From: Marsupella aquatica
Lineage: Eukaryota > Plantae > Marchantiophyta
Direction of reading: 5' to 3'
NCBI GenBank assembly: GCA_973895155.1
Contig: OZ316896.1
Coordinates: forward strand, 14,790,684 to 14,854,683
DNA: 64,000 nucleotides
Notes under the pieces: generated by a model
What the model saw: only the letters and a program-made list of their open reading frames with translations
What the model was told of the DNA's origin: nothing
The model's database searches: none
In this document: positions 34,801 to 47,200 of the stretch, piece after piece
How the letters are laid out: the number at the start of each line of letters is the position of its first letter
Numbering within the stretch: position 1 is the stretch's first letter
Program-made: the position numbers and the translations under genes

Positions 34801-37800
34801 AAACGGAATCTTCAGAGATATTTTATCCGACTCGTGGTCTACCATTTGCTACCTAGGACTTCCATTGTATTGTTTTGGGGCTTCCACTTCTGCTCTAGCT
34901 CTTGAAGCTCCACTGAGCAGTGTCATATTCGTCCCCTTCCCTGTCTTAGTTTCGTCCATCCAGGGCGCAGGATCTATGACCGCGAGACTACACTAGACGT
35001 TGTAAATGGTCACAGACTGAGCATTCTACCGGTCATGTTGCTGACGCTGCAGGTATCGAGAAGGAGCTGCAGCAGATGCTTTAATTGCGTTTCTGGAGCA
35101 ACTAGGAACTTCACTTCTTTCATATATATTGTCTGAGCTTCAGCAAGCTATGGCCTGGCAATCTGCTGAGATTTGTCTGTTTGCTACGGCAACTTTGAGC
35201 CATGAGATCAAAGCACTAGCTGGGTTGTCAGCTTCATCTGAAGAAAAATTGAAATCATCTGAAGGCGAACAAGTAGCAGCAAGGTCCTTCTTGTCTGCAA
35301 TTTTTGTTTGGATCTCGGCAAATGCTCCACCGTCTGAGCCGGGTAAATCACAGACTGCTCTACTACTCGTCGTGCAAAGGTTCTCCAGTCCAAGCACTTC
35401 GGTCCCTCCTGCCTTGGAGCTCACCTTTTAATCGTTGCAAAAGGAATCGTCGTGAAGAAGTCCGTTTGTATACCTTAAATATAGTATCCTATAGTAAACC
35501 CAAAATTGATCTTAATTTTGGCATCTGTTGCAGATCAGAGCACCCAAATAAACTTGAAACTTGTACAAACAATGTTGCTAGTGATAGAAACGTTAGCAGA
35601 TTGGACAGCCATAGACTTGAAGTCATTGGAGGCCGGATTGAAGTATGCAATGAGCGCGCTCCAAATCACTAGAGGTAATCTGTTCTTTGCTTGCATCAAT
35701 GTTTATACCTTATGCTGACCTTAGCTGTCATTTAATGAAAGGAAGTTATGGATTAGACTTATACCCTACAGTCTCACTGGTTGACCTTTATTCTCATTAT
35801 TTTGCCTCGATTTGGCTTAATTTCTTTCGACAGGAATACTAGTACAAACGCTTCCATTACAGACAACACTTCTTGTCCAGTTGGAAGATGCAAATGTTGC
35901 AGTCACGGTTTTGTATTGAATGTCTAAAAGAAACAGCTGCTGTTTTGTATGGCCAGTCAGAGGAAGTGCAGCGAAGGCTCTGGGAGAAGTTTGCCGCGCA
36001 GCTGCTCCTCACATCGTTACGTCACCAGCGTTGCAACAAGTTTTTGGTGCTTATGAGCTTGCTTTGTCTGGATCAGACAGATTGGAGGTCAATGCACGCC
36101 TTGGGTTTGTGGAGGGCCTTGCTGCTGTTTGTTCCTCTCTACCTCCTACAGATGCCACAGCTGCATTGAAAACCTTAACATTCGCAGGATTGTCTACTGT
36201 CAAGGCTCTTGCAGAGATGAGAGTATAATTCTCTGAACCCTTCCGAACATTATGCATTTACCGTTTCAGGAAAAATGTAAATCCTTTCTTACGTCAAACC
36301 GCAAGACGATGTTACAAAATGTTAGACTTGCCGAAGTTCTTTTAGTGGCAGAGATCACGAGGTGAATACCAGATTTGAATCGCATCAATGTATTGATGTG
36401 AATGACATGATGTGTCTCAATTGTCTTAGATTGCCCCTTCTTGCATATAAAATAAACACTCTGTCATGCGATCTCAATATTTTCAAGTGGCGCTAAGTTC
36501 ACGATGGATGTCGGTGCAGGCAGGGCCAAACATCAATGGACAGGTATTGGCAGAGGAACTGAGAGTTTTAGCAGCTGTTGTCTCCCATAGCAGTCCACGA
36601 GGAGAAAACACTGCTTCTGTACATCCTGCTCTACCCATATTGTCTGAAATCTGGCCTGCACTGGATGTGGTGGCCGGTCATTGGTCTGGGGATGCCGATG
36701 TTGTGACTGCGCTTTGTGAGCTATGGGGGGTTGTTTCAAGCAAATTGGGGATGGTACTAAGTGCTGTCCTTCCAAGCATTATAAAGTCAGCTACAGCTAT
36801 GTATATACAGCATTTAGTCCCGGCTTGTCTGGATTGCTTATCTAATGTAAGTCTATTTACATTGACTAACTTTTTAATTTGCTTTCACAGTGATCTTTGG
36901 TACCTCATCCTGTTGTTGAAGTAAAAACAGAGGTTCCTCTATAATAGAGGAGCGTAAGGCTTCTGGAATGCCCTTTCATGTTGGTTGAGGATTGGTCACT
37001 CTCTTCTGAAGGCATATCTTCTTTTGAGAAAGAAATGCCGCAGAGTTCGCTTGGTTTGGTCCTAGGTAATTCACGAAGGATTTAACACTGCGAATTACTG
37101 ACATGATGCCCAGATTGTGTCGCTTGGACCCACAAATACGGACATAGACCCTGAGGTGGATCGTTTCCTCTCTGCAACTTTAGTTGAAGTCCAAAAAACA
37201 ATCGCACCCTTGAATAAAATTGTGGAGGACGCTAGATCAAGAAGAGGCCCAAACCGAAACACCCAAATAGGGAGAGAAGTTGAACCAGAGGATGTTCAAC
37301 AACAGAATGCAGAGGCAGCTCTTTGTTCCACGAGCAAGTTGGCAAGGAGTCTGTTACACAACAAACCTCGTATTCTGCTCGGATCCGCAGCATTTGTGGA
37401 AATCATTCACTCAGCAATTGGTATGCTCTCACTTGGTGGTCTTAATTCGCGTCTTACTCTATCGTAAATTGAAAGAAAGCTCTTCTGTGAATTAGCTTCT
37501 CCGGCAACATGAAGGTGAAATGATCTGATCAGTAAGGCAGAACACAGGATTCCACTATCTCTTGGATTTACCCGTGGAGATTGGAGACATAAAAGATCTC
37601 CTGACAATGGCAACAATTCTGGACAATTGATTGTATTCAGATTCTGATTAATTAGATGAGAAATTGAGCGGTGCGGGTTTGGATTTACTAGTGGTTTTAC
37701 TGGTTTACTTCTCATGCAGGTTGCATTCGTAGGACAGAATTCGAATCTGCCCTAGCAAGTGCCAAACTGTTGTCAGAAACTATACTGTGTCTCTCATTTA

Positions 37801-38613
37801 GTGAAGATGATTTTAAGGGAAAGGTCATGTGGCAGTTACCGTCAGACTTGGTACCTTATGTGGATAAAGTGGTCGAACTATATGGTGCCCATGTGGCGGA
37901 GGTGAGTAATGACTTACTTTGTGCTCTCTTCTCAATTCTTTGGAGATCGTTCCGCAGCTCTTCTCATTTTTTAAGGCTCCCCTTGTTGGAAGACACTAAC
38001 CTTATAATGTCATTGCAACAGGTCGTCCTTCAAACCCTGGCCAGATTTCAACTGCTGGAGTCTCTGAGAGATGCCTTGGCAGATGTATTATATGGTCTCT
38101 GCATGCGCTATCCAGGAGAGACCCAAATTCACATGGAGGTTATTTTAAATGCAAAAGAGTTTCCAGCACGGAAAGGGGTATTGAAAATGTCCAATAAACA
38201 GAGCTTAATTTCAGCAGCAACAACACATCCAGTTCATCCTCGACGGAAATTTCAAGGTGAGTACACACATCTTCTGGGTATCTGGGAATCTGGGTATTTG
38301 AGTCTTGTAGAGTTATCTTTGTGTTCTTTGTCAGCTGCTTGGTCAGTCTATCCAGACACCTCAGTATATCCCTCCTAGCTCGAATGAAAGCCTTGATGCT
38401 CTCCATTTGTTACATAAGCTTTAAGAGAATTAGTCGCTCCATGCCGAGCAGAGGATCAGGTGTCTGGGATACTACAGGCATTGATATATACTCTAATCTG
38501 ATTGCTGTCCTGGGTTTGCATGTCATTTTGAACTCTGCAACACAGAGCTCATCAACAAGTTTTCACAAGTATGCCGGGGAGCTGCACCTGCGGAAGTCTT
38601 GGACGGCTATTAG
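31864..38613 (+). CDS. Importin-13 / transportin-3-like beta-karyopherin (HEAT repeats, multi-exon)
   Basis: N-terminal QGAANEWLTEFVSKPFAW..EVRYFTLNILLGKIRSDWIQL (importin-beta N domain); ELLTAIAEE, QKYPP..EDW..EDDFLRYRE, WQSAEICLFA, HPALPILSEIWPAL, VVTALCELW; C-terminal RRKFQELINKFSQVCRG, stop TAG 38611-38613. GT-AG junctions keep frame where I checked them. Confidence 0.85.
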
Positions 38614-39035
38614 TGCGTATTGCGTGCTGGGAAACTGTCCCAGCAAAATGTTGACGATGAATGTTTTGATATTCATTAGGAAGCTGATTAAGTGGTACAG
38701 CTAATGCCATAATGTCTACCATGAGTCGTCTGCTCCAGTATCCAGAACTACAAGCAGCTAGTTCACTGGAAGCTTGCAGCTTGTAACATATTCGAAGCGG
38801 ACCACAGAACCTTCCAAAATACCTCAGCAGGCACTTGCATCTACCCTAAAAATTTGAGGGCATAAGAAGGACAATGCAAATTTGAGCTCTGGCTCAAATG
38901 CCGCATTACAACAAAAGGGGTCAGTGGAAATTGATAATCGAGGCCATAGACAAGTAAAGCATCCAGGCCGCATAGATGAGGTAATCAGATGTCAGCTGAC
39001 TTGAGTTGGATTAGCTAGCCTTACAGAATCTTAAG

Positions 39036-39394
39036 ATAGCCAATTTTTGTAGCAAAATCTTTTTATTAAACATGTTATCAAAGACAGGCCTAAGGTCTGT
39101 TTTGGAGCTTTCTTATTCAAAGCTTTCTTAAAACATAGGTACTAGTTGAGTTCGCTCTAATATAACGAGCCTGCCTCCTGGATAGCAGGGTCCAAGACAA
39201 ATCCCGAACGGAGGCCTGTCGTAGCCAAATCTTTGTAGCAAAATGAATTTGTCGATTATGTCATGGAAGTTTTGTCAATCTATTTGGAGGTTTCTTATTC
39301 AAAGCTTTCTTGAAAACGCGGGTACTACTTCTTATTCAAAGCTGAGATAGAATGAGCCCATTTACTGCATAGTAGGGTTTAAGGGCAATTCCCG
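39036..39394. repeat. Diverged tandem duplication, unit about 185 bp x2
   Basis: TAGCCAA..TTTGTAGCAAAAT...TTTGGAG.TTTCTTATTCAAAGCTTTCTT.AAAC...GGTACTA occurs twice. Confidence 0.8.
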
Positions 39395-41284
39395 TGCTAT
39401 ATGTTCAGATCGTTTCCATGACGTTTTCAGGGACCTTACAAAACATTACAGACGCAGAACAATGAGACTTCTCTACTTCTCTAACGCAGTTGTTGCTAAC
39501 TGTGCGTGTGCTGTAATTTGTTGAGCATCATATTTGATTGAGTTTGGTATTGCTTCTTATATTCTTGGTACCAATTGCGAGGATCTACAGTACACGGCAG
39601 AGCCTATTCCAGCTTGGTCTTTATCTGCCGTCAAGCCCCTTTAGCTCACGACACCATTATGATCCAATATACCTTCCGTCCATCCACTAAGGTTTGGAAA
39701 CAGCCACATTAAGAGAGCGTTTACATATCACTGATCCACACACTGTAAGATGCTTATTCTTCCCGTGAATGACAGGAACGGCAATTATGGTGGCATATTT
39801 ACCTCACTAAGAGACTAAATTGCCAGTCTAACTGGCCGACTCCACATGACACCCAACTGCCTCAGTTATTCTCAACAACACCTCTGCTGGACTAAAATAT
39901 TGGGCTAGTGCAACAGTACATCGCTGCAGTGCCCATCATCATTGACGTTAGTCTGGCAACCATCCTGTTCTCGCGGAGAGCAAGGAATGTTCTGACTATG
40001 CACTAACTAGATGATGCGCTCCATTATAAATGCCAGGATGCGGTGTAGAAACAGCATAGAGCGGATGAGTAGGGTCTTTGTACGCACCTCTACAAGGTGT
40101 GTACTAGCGACTGGACTACTGTTGAGTCAAGAACCATTTTTCACAGGCAGCAGTCGTCTCGAATTCTGGTCGCTTATCATGGTTGGGAACACCACCATTA
40201 CTTTTCGATATTTCGTCCCTTGTAAACTCTTCTACTGAAATTTTGAACTGATATTAGACTAAGCAAACGAAATGTGAGTGACATCCAGCTTTTCGATATT
40301 AGGGAGCCAGCAATATGTGAATTAAATCTATCTTTCTCGTGCCAATTGAGTATGATCATTTCTTTTCTCAATCTGAAAGTCAGCCCGGACAGAATGAAAG
40401 GTCCGGTCATGGAAATCGTAAACCGTCACTGCTCATTAATTGATTTACCTCATGGTCATGTACAAACACAGAAGATAATAAAATGTTCAATCTAATGTTT
40501 GGGTCCAGCACTTCCAGGAGGGAGTCCTCCAATAAAGCCCGGAGCGCTTTAGATTACTTTAAGCCTCTTGACCAAAAGTTTCCTATCTTTAGCATGAAGG
40601 TAACAGATAATGCCCGCCCAACTCTCGAGTTCATTCTCCAAGAGCATTCTCCATGAGCAAAACGCCCTGCTCAGTTCGTTATCAACCGGTGCTCCAGAAA
40701 TACCAAGGGAACTCTCGGGCAGGGCTTAGGAGTACCAAGAACAAAAAGACTGGGAAAGATCCAATTGATTTCCCAGTAGTTCTCAACAAAAACGCCTTCC
40801 GGAATCATGGAAGTCATCCAGGGGACATTCTTAATGAGATGTTTCATCTCACTTCATTGTAGCCATATCTGAGGCAGCCACTTAATCTGGAGCCTTGCGT
40901 ACAGTAAACTTCAGGAGAGCCAGGTTGTTATGAGTAAACATGCTCTCACCAGCAAATTCAGAATTCCTGTCAATTTGAAACTCTGTTCATCATCAGTGGC
41001 ATGGCCAGACCAATCTCGACAAGATGGGCATACCAGTGGTTGGAAATAAATATACACTAACGGTAACTGGAAACCCACATTAAATCCGAGACCGACTCAA
41101 ACCATTTCTGTCCTGCTCTTGTAACCCACCTGAACAGAAGACCCCAAGTCTCATCAAAAGGGTCACAAAGATATCTCAAGTTCCATCAAATCGCGAAGGG
41201 CCTGCATATGAATGATTCTTGAAGAAATCGCTTGTCAATTTTCTAATGATAATATGCTTCTTAATTACAATGACGGGATGCAGG

Positions 41285-44200
41285 CTAGTGTAGCCGAGTA
41301 AGTTCTTCAACCCGCTTACAGAGTTCCTCCACAGGAACTTCCATCGTTGTCGAAATGTCCTCCATTCGATTTCTACTTAGATCAAGGAAGGACTCAATTA
41401 GATCACCATCTAGGAAATTTTTGGCATCATTTGTTTTCCGTTCATTGCTGAAGGATCGCCATTGCTCATGGTTCAAACCACCTACTCCTTTGATTACCTT
41501 CACCAGGCTGTGTTGTAGTTTAAGAAGAAAGGAGTACTGCTCTTGTGGAAGTGAAGCTATGACTCCAATTACACCATTGACAGTTCCGAATATCACAGTT
41601 GGAATTTGGCTCGACTCTGTGTCTGGAAGGCGCATCACTAGAGATCCGTGGCGAAATCTGTTAACAAACTCCCCAAGATGATATTCACCAACTACTTCTA
41701 GTCTTCCCCGTTCCTCATCTGTAGCTGCATCGCTGTTCTTCCTTACCGTGAAAAGGTTGAAACTATTCTCCGCCCCTAGGTATGTATCGTCATCAAGAAT
41801 TTCAACAGCTGTCATCCAGTTTGCATTGTAGTCGCGGGCCCGCTCTTCGATCGCACCTTCTTCTGGCTGAAATGTCCAAATCAAACCCCAAATATGTCAA
41901 CCTCAGGAGAAGAAAGTCAGAAATTCCGACGCTCGCATGGATGAAAGCAAAAAGCTTATTACTTAGGTATACATGCCTGAAATAAAAGAAAGAACCCAGT
42001 ACAGTGACCTTAGGAACATTACATGAGCAAAAGAGAATCCCTTTCAGTTAGCTCCACCCTCATCCCTCTCACAAAAGACAATACTGGTCACAGGAAAACA
42101 TGGCTCAAAGGACAGTCAAGGACAATCATTTTCACCGAATTTTATGAGACCTTCCATTGTGAACGAACCTTGTACATGAGGAGAGAGATTGACTTCATCA
42201 AGTCACCCACTACAATGAAATCTCCCCTTGATTGGACATAGAGCGCTAAAATGTGGCCATGATGACCGCATTCAGACTGCAATTCTCGTGAACTATCATC
42301 CCTCAGGGTCCACTTATACAGCTGAATTTTTTGGTTTATGGCAGCCAGCAATTTCCCATTGAAAGCATTCAAACTATAAACAGCTCCCTTGGTTTCTTTC
42401 TCAGTGAGCAGCTGCAACTTCCCATCTTCGACGATAAAGATCAAGATTCGTCCCTGTGCTCATCCACAAAAGTGAACTCGGGTGAATAAGGTTGATTAGC
42501 ACGTCCATGCAGTCTTCTTATCCAAACCATTGCATGTAACAGATTTTAAAAAGATTTCTATTGGTTCCAACAAAAAGGCAAGCAGTTTGTGATAAACACA
42601 AGCGAGGTACCTTGCTAGGCTCATTTTCCTCCGGCAGAGCATAGGCAGTACCAACACAAAAATAAACATTAGGGTCATCCGCAAATGAGCAAGTGATTAT
42701 TGAGCATCCAGTTTCATATGTGTCAAGTTGGTATGTGGCAATAATTTCAAAAGTTTGATCATCAATGAGTCGCACATAATGTGACTCCATATCCTCGCCA
42801 GTGGACGAATTTTGATACTTGGCACTGCACAATCCAAACGTCCGCGAGGACTCCTGATGACAAATTCTACGAGGCTGTTCACCCAAAGGAACTGTCCGAA
42901 TATGTAGCTTCTGAATGTCATCGATGGTGCCAATCGTGAGCTCCCCTTCTTTGCCAATCGCCAAACTGCATCAACGGGTCCGGAGTCAACAATTACCATG
43001 ATAAATCGTCGGAGGTACGTTGCCAAAGCTGGACCACATCCTAACCTATCCAAAACTCTTCACATAAAAGTAAGCGGAATCATCTTGGCTGCTCATGTTT
43101 CAGAGCAAGCCTCGTCACTTGCTATTTGTGATTAACAAGGATACGACAGTGGACTGCAGAATATCGCCCAAACTCAACGATCGAATTCCCCAACCAGTTA
43201 GTGAAAGAGATGACAAAAGAGAACATAGGTCGAGTGCGGAGAACAAGGAAGAATAGTAAACCTATCAGGAAAAGATGCCGAGTTGAACGGACACATGTGG
43301 TTGACTTCCTTCAAGTTAACATTACTATAGAGAAGTTTTCGGTTGCTACTATATATAACCGTTGGTCGATCTGATGCTGCAAAGACATGTGTAGCATTCT
43401 TTGAGCGGAATGTGCGCAGGGCTATCGGTTGTGTGCCCAAAGATATCTTTTTCTTGTCAGACAATTGTCCAGATTGGAGGTCCAGTACGAAGTTGAAAAG
43501 ATGCCCATCTCCAAGGGCACAGAGCAAGTACGGGATCTGTAGCAAAACAACGAAATTTGTCACTTAATGACCATGTATTATAGGAACAGCAATGTGGAAA
43601 GGTTTGTCCCTGCAGCTACAGTTATAACCTCTATACTTCAGTCATCCACTTCACTTCCGCGATAACTGATCACATCAAGAACAGGCAGAAATTGAAGGGA
43701 TCGAGAATATTACAACGAAGAGTTTGGGACAAATGCAAACCTCAAGTGGGGAGTCATAGGAAGTGTAAAACATGCCATTAGATGGTCAAACAATCAATAA
43801 ACCAATTTATCGACTCAATGATCTTGATGGCCAGCAGGGAAAGCACACTTAACAATTGGAGAATGAGCATCCATAATACCATCAGGTAGGCACCAAAACC
43901 ATTTGAGTTGCTTAACGGAAAGACATACATACCCCTTCAAATGCACAAAAGAGAACTGAACGGGGAATGATCTCCCCACCGAGACTCTCCTTTGTAATCA
44001 ACTCCAAGTTTGGAAGGGAAAAGACTCGTACGCTTATGTCTGTCCACATACCAACTGCTGCCAAATGACTCCGATTAGGATCATCACCAACTGGATTTAT
44101 ATCGAGGCAGGAAATTTCATACTCAAGCTTCACGTGCTTCAGTTCTGTTAAGACCCCCTGTCCTATCTCCAGATATACCAGATTCCCGCCACCTGTTGCG

Positions 44201-47200
44201 AGCAAAACCTGTTCACATCGATGAATATGTCCCCAGTGAGACCAGTCTCCATAATAACATTACCGACTAAACATTGAACTAAACAACCAACTTGAGCTCA
44301 CTCAACACAGTCAAAACGATCCACGAGCATTTCTGTACAAGACTGCCTGGTCACTTTTGATTTAAACTTCAGATTTAGTTAATATGCTCGCAAAGCATCA
44401 ATCTGGATTGAGTATGATCGAAGACGATCAACAAGATGGACGAACCTGTGAAGCATTGGCTGTTGCCACATTGATTGAAATCCCTGGTGGTGCCTTCCAT
44501 TCAGTGAGTTGCCTTCGTGATGCAGCATCTACAAGCCGAAGAGAGCCTGCTGTGACCTGCATTTGCAGAGTACAATACAGAAGTTATCAAAGACCGCAGA
44601 AATCAGAACAAGATGTTCATCACCCTCGAGGAACGTGAAATGCTTTACCTGAACAAGTTGATCATGGATTGCATTATGGCAGAACAGAGTCTGGGCTTCC
44701 GAGTCAAATCCATCAATCTCCGTTTCCTCCAGCTCGTCATCAACATTCATGGCCAAGATGCGAGTCTCACTGATAAAGCTCACGACAAGAAAGGTATCAA
44801 AAGCTTCCTGTGATGAAGCCCTCAAGGACCACATTCCCTTGATACCTTGAAGCTCTGCTGATGCCTGCAGTTTATTAGAGAAAGTTGCAGGTTTAGCGCT
44901 CGGACTCTTAGGACACGATGTCAGTGAGACCCGTAGCATAGCACAGCAACTATATTTCGCAACATGACCATAACACGACCTCTGCTAATTACGCACGAGG
45001 GATATTGAGAGATGAAATTGAGGGAACTAGGCGAACTCCGATTCGTTGGAACAGTGTGTAGAATTCTGTTGCAAAAACTGCAGCTAAACATTGAAGATAT
45101 GAGAAATGTTCGACCTGTTCGTTGATACCAATGCCATTCCGAACAATCCGGAGGGAACCGTCCTTGAAAGCCCCGGAACAAGTAACAACTTGGCCTTGAC
45201 CTTGTCGTTCTAAATCCACAACGCAAAGATCTACAATTGGTCCCAGGTTCACAAAGCTTTCAAGCACCTCCACGTAGGACTGCCTCGAATCTGCTTGTGA
45301 GTTCAGCTTGATAAGCTGGAGAATCATCCAATAACACACTAACTTAGAGGTCTCAAACTTTGCTAAAGAAGCTATCAACACAGCAGTGGGACTGAGTTTC
45401 AATAAGAATGCAGCACACTAATTACTAATCTCACTGCATAAACCCCATGTTCGAAGCATTTGTAGAGTAATATCAATATCAAATATCCTCTTCGAGCATA
45501 CCAGTCATCGAAATTAAAACTTAAGCCATTTCAGACCATCACCTCTAATAAATGCACAGGCCAACAGTGACCTGGAGGAAATGAAGTAAAGGGGGGAAAT
45601 ATAAAGATTCCAATTCGCTAGTATACACCAAATCCAAAAGCTGCTGTTCCACGCAAATAAAGAGGCGCTATCATACGATTCAAAACGTTTCCTCGGCAGC
45701 CCTTGCACTACTACTACTTATATATAATGATTCATGGATAATATCTATGCTTGTTGAGAGCATCAGGTTGCATATGAGCCAGAAGGTTCCCTAAAAATTC
45801 TGGGATGGTTGGAGAAGGGAATATACCTGTGAATCACCATAGCTGGATCCCACATACACCACCCCGTTGTCAAGGTAAGAGAGCGTGGAAGCAGCTGATG
45901 TCTCCCCAAGAGGCTCCACTTTAAGTCCTAGAACCCTGCCCATTCAATTTTCCACAACAGAAGGCGGAATTGCCTGATTAAAGATATACTCCCTACGACG
46001 GCGTCTTAAGCATAACCGACTACACTAGCGCCTTTTACAGTACAGAGTTGATTCTAGCCACAATTTCAATGGGCATACTATTTTGAAATAATAACAATAT
46101 CCAAGAGAGAAGCAAATACCACAAAGATTTTAAACTCAATGTTAAGACTTCAGTGATATGGAAAGTGAAGGTAACATAAGTAACCTTTCTTTGTCATGAG
46201 TGATGACAAGCAAATGCAGCATGCCAGAATGATCACTCAATAAGTATCGTGATCCATCAGCATCCACTCGCCCATAGGCTTTGGTAATTGACTGCGATTC
46301 AAGCAAGCTTAATAAGAGCATACCAAAATCCTTGCAGATACTTCTAGCCAAAGACAATATTACCCAAGGATTGACTACTATGAAGTCTTAAAACCCTAAG
46401 GTAAAGCATCTTGAAACTGCGTTTAGTCTCCCATTTCAGAAGTGAAATTTCAGGTCAGTAGATTCAAGATTAACAGAACAGCTCAGTTCAGTTCAGTCAT
46501 AAAAGATTCTTTCTTTTAGTTATGTAGAAAGGCAGAAACGTACCGGGCGAATTGGAATGGCCTTGAAAACAGAACCATTGTAGTACACTATGGTCTGCTC
46601 ACCAATTATAATAGCGCCTCCTAGTGGCAACGGGACGGGGATCAATAGTCCTGCTCCATTGTCAAGATTGTTTTGTAGCCAAGGGCCTTCTCCGAAATCT
46701 TTCTCCTTCAACTGAACCTCATACGTTTTAACATGGCGAGCATCTTTATTGTCCTGCAAAATAGTTAGATCCGGGTCCATATGACGATTAATGGCTAAAA
46801 GGAGCTACCACTATGGTCTAAGATGGACATGCTCATTCTCGTCAGGAAGTCCCAAAACATCTGATATTTGGGGCAATCAGAATCACCTCATATGCTAGTC
46901 CCAGTCAAATAGCAAGATCGAAATAAACACCATCCAGAGGAAGGTCCATTAATGTTGTATTTCAACAAATAGTACACCATGAAGTGCAAAATCTGAGCAA
47001 TGGAAAAACTAGCAGATGAAATCCCCCGACTTGAACAGAAACCTCGAGCTAGCGGAAGATAAATTTGGAAGCCGTTAGCCAGGCCTGGAAAATTAGCACT
47101 CATGCTGGAACCTTCGGCAAAAAGGGCAAGTCATACCTGGTAAAGGACCGCAATGGTCGGCTTAGAACATCCATACAAAAATTTGATGTCCAGAACCTGC

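Noticed and set aside
43135-43150. Second U12 donor (GTATCCTT on the minus strand) in DDB1
   Set aside because: It lies mid-intron; the flanking exons join in frame via ordinary GT-AG sites at 43261 and 42966.
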